The notes beneath the pieces were generated by a model that was not told where the DNA came from, did not search any database, and saw nothing but the letters and a program-made list of their open reading frames with translations. Positions 62,947-64,000 of a stretch of DNA of 64,000 nucleotides are shown here, piece by piece. Positions within the stretch are counted from its first letter, which is position 1. Every line of letters begins with the position of its first letter. A program made the position numbers and the translations under genes. Source of the DNA: Thalia democratica (Eukaryota); contig OZ241832.1 in NCBI GenBank assembly GCA_965202585.1, positions 46,128,001 to 46,192,000 on the forward strand, given 5' to 3'.

Positions 62947-64000
62947 TTCTTTTTGAGCTGTTGTATGTTGGACCAATGATTCATACCGATCATATACATT
63001 TTTCGTTTATCTTAAACTTATCTTACTTTAAAAAAACATAACTTAAAACAAACAGTTACAGCAGTTTTGAGTCATCAAGTGTGTCATACATAGTGTTCAA
63101 TTGAGTTACAAAGCTGTATACTTCTTTTCCTTTGCATAACGTTTCAGCTGTTAGTATTTTTATGTATTGATGTTTTCATTTGAAAAATCCGTAAGCTACT
63201 AAGTTCAAAAAAAGTCTAGGGTTTGTAAAACGAAAGATTTAATGATGGTTGTACTGAAACTGTATGCTTTTGATTGTCTTTTTTTTGTTTTGAACAATCA
63301 CAGTTGTTTACTTTTATTTGTTGTATAACTTTGAGACTGTTTTTTATATTAAGTTTTAAATTGAGTTTCAACAAACATAGTTAATATAACTTTTTTAATT
63401 AAACCTCAAATGATCAAGTATTTTTAATAAGTTTATTTAACGTATAAAATAAAAACTAACTGTTTTATTTCCATTTAAAATATAATTGTTACTTATAGTG
63501 ACGTAGGACAAATTTTTAAAAACAAACTAAGTAGTTATTTAATGAAAAAAAAAAACAAGTATACAAAGTAAGCGTATATGAGAATAAGTTTTGTGCAAAT
63601 AAAGAAGTTTTTAAGAAAAAGCCTACGGACAACACACTGAAGTTAGTTGAAGCTTTTTATGAAACATTCAATTATAACTAATTTATAAAACTTGTTCAAC
63701 GATTTAAACAATATTTTTAAAACATAACTAGCTCCTTTCTCAAAGTAGTTGAAAATGGTCAGATAAAATTACAAAAGCAATTATAAGGAGCTCAAAAAAC
63801 GTTATGTAGAAGTAAAATGTTTCATTCAACTAGCTCTAACTCTTACATTTGATCTTTTACCAGCACAAAGTTGTTAAAATTGTACACATATTTTGTTTAG
63901 TTAATGGTAGTTTAATACTGCTTAGTATACATTAAAAGCTAGTTAAACAAATAGGTAGATTACCATTGATTTATAAAAAAGCATAGTAAAAAAAAAATTG

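Overview
Very AT-rich animal (invertebrate-like) genomic DNA with three zones. (1) 5881-33248 (+): a 14-exon mixed-lineage kinase (MLK, MAP3K9/10/11/21 family; SH3, kinase, zipper, CRIB, long tail) that can be spliced in frame by eye. Its introns and flanks carry many DNA transposon remnants: pogo-type, hAT, Kolobok-type, MULE-type, and a CAGGGTTGCCA family with 6-bp target duplications. (2) About 35-51 kb is accessory DNA: a 5'-truncated Penelope-like GIY-YIG retroelement with a hammerhead-like motif, a decayed unidentified ORF, and a 4.9-kb TIR-bounded segment carrying an intact intronless RING-H2 ORF. (3) From 51328 to the window end is the edge of a ~9.65-kb tandem repeat. It holds all five replication-dependent histone genes on the minus strand (transcription order H1-H3-H4-H2A-H2B), a subrepeated spacer, and an oppositely oriented 5S rRNA copy with the same internal deletion in both visible units. 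The one complete histone set visible has an H2B nonsense change and a stem-loop mismatch. All calls were made by eye with no database searches; species and TE clade names are inferences.
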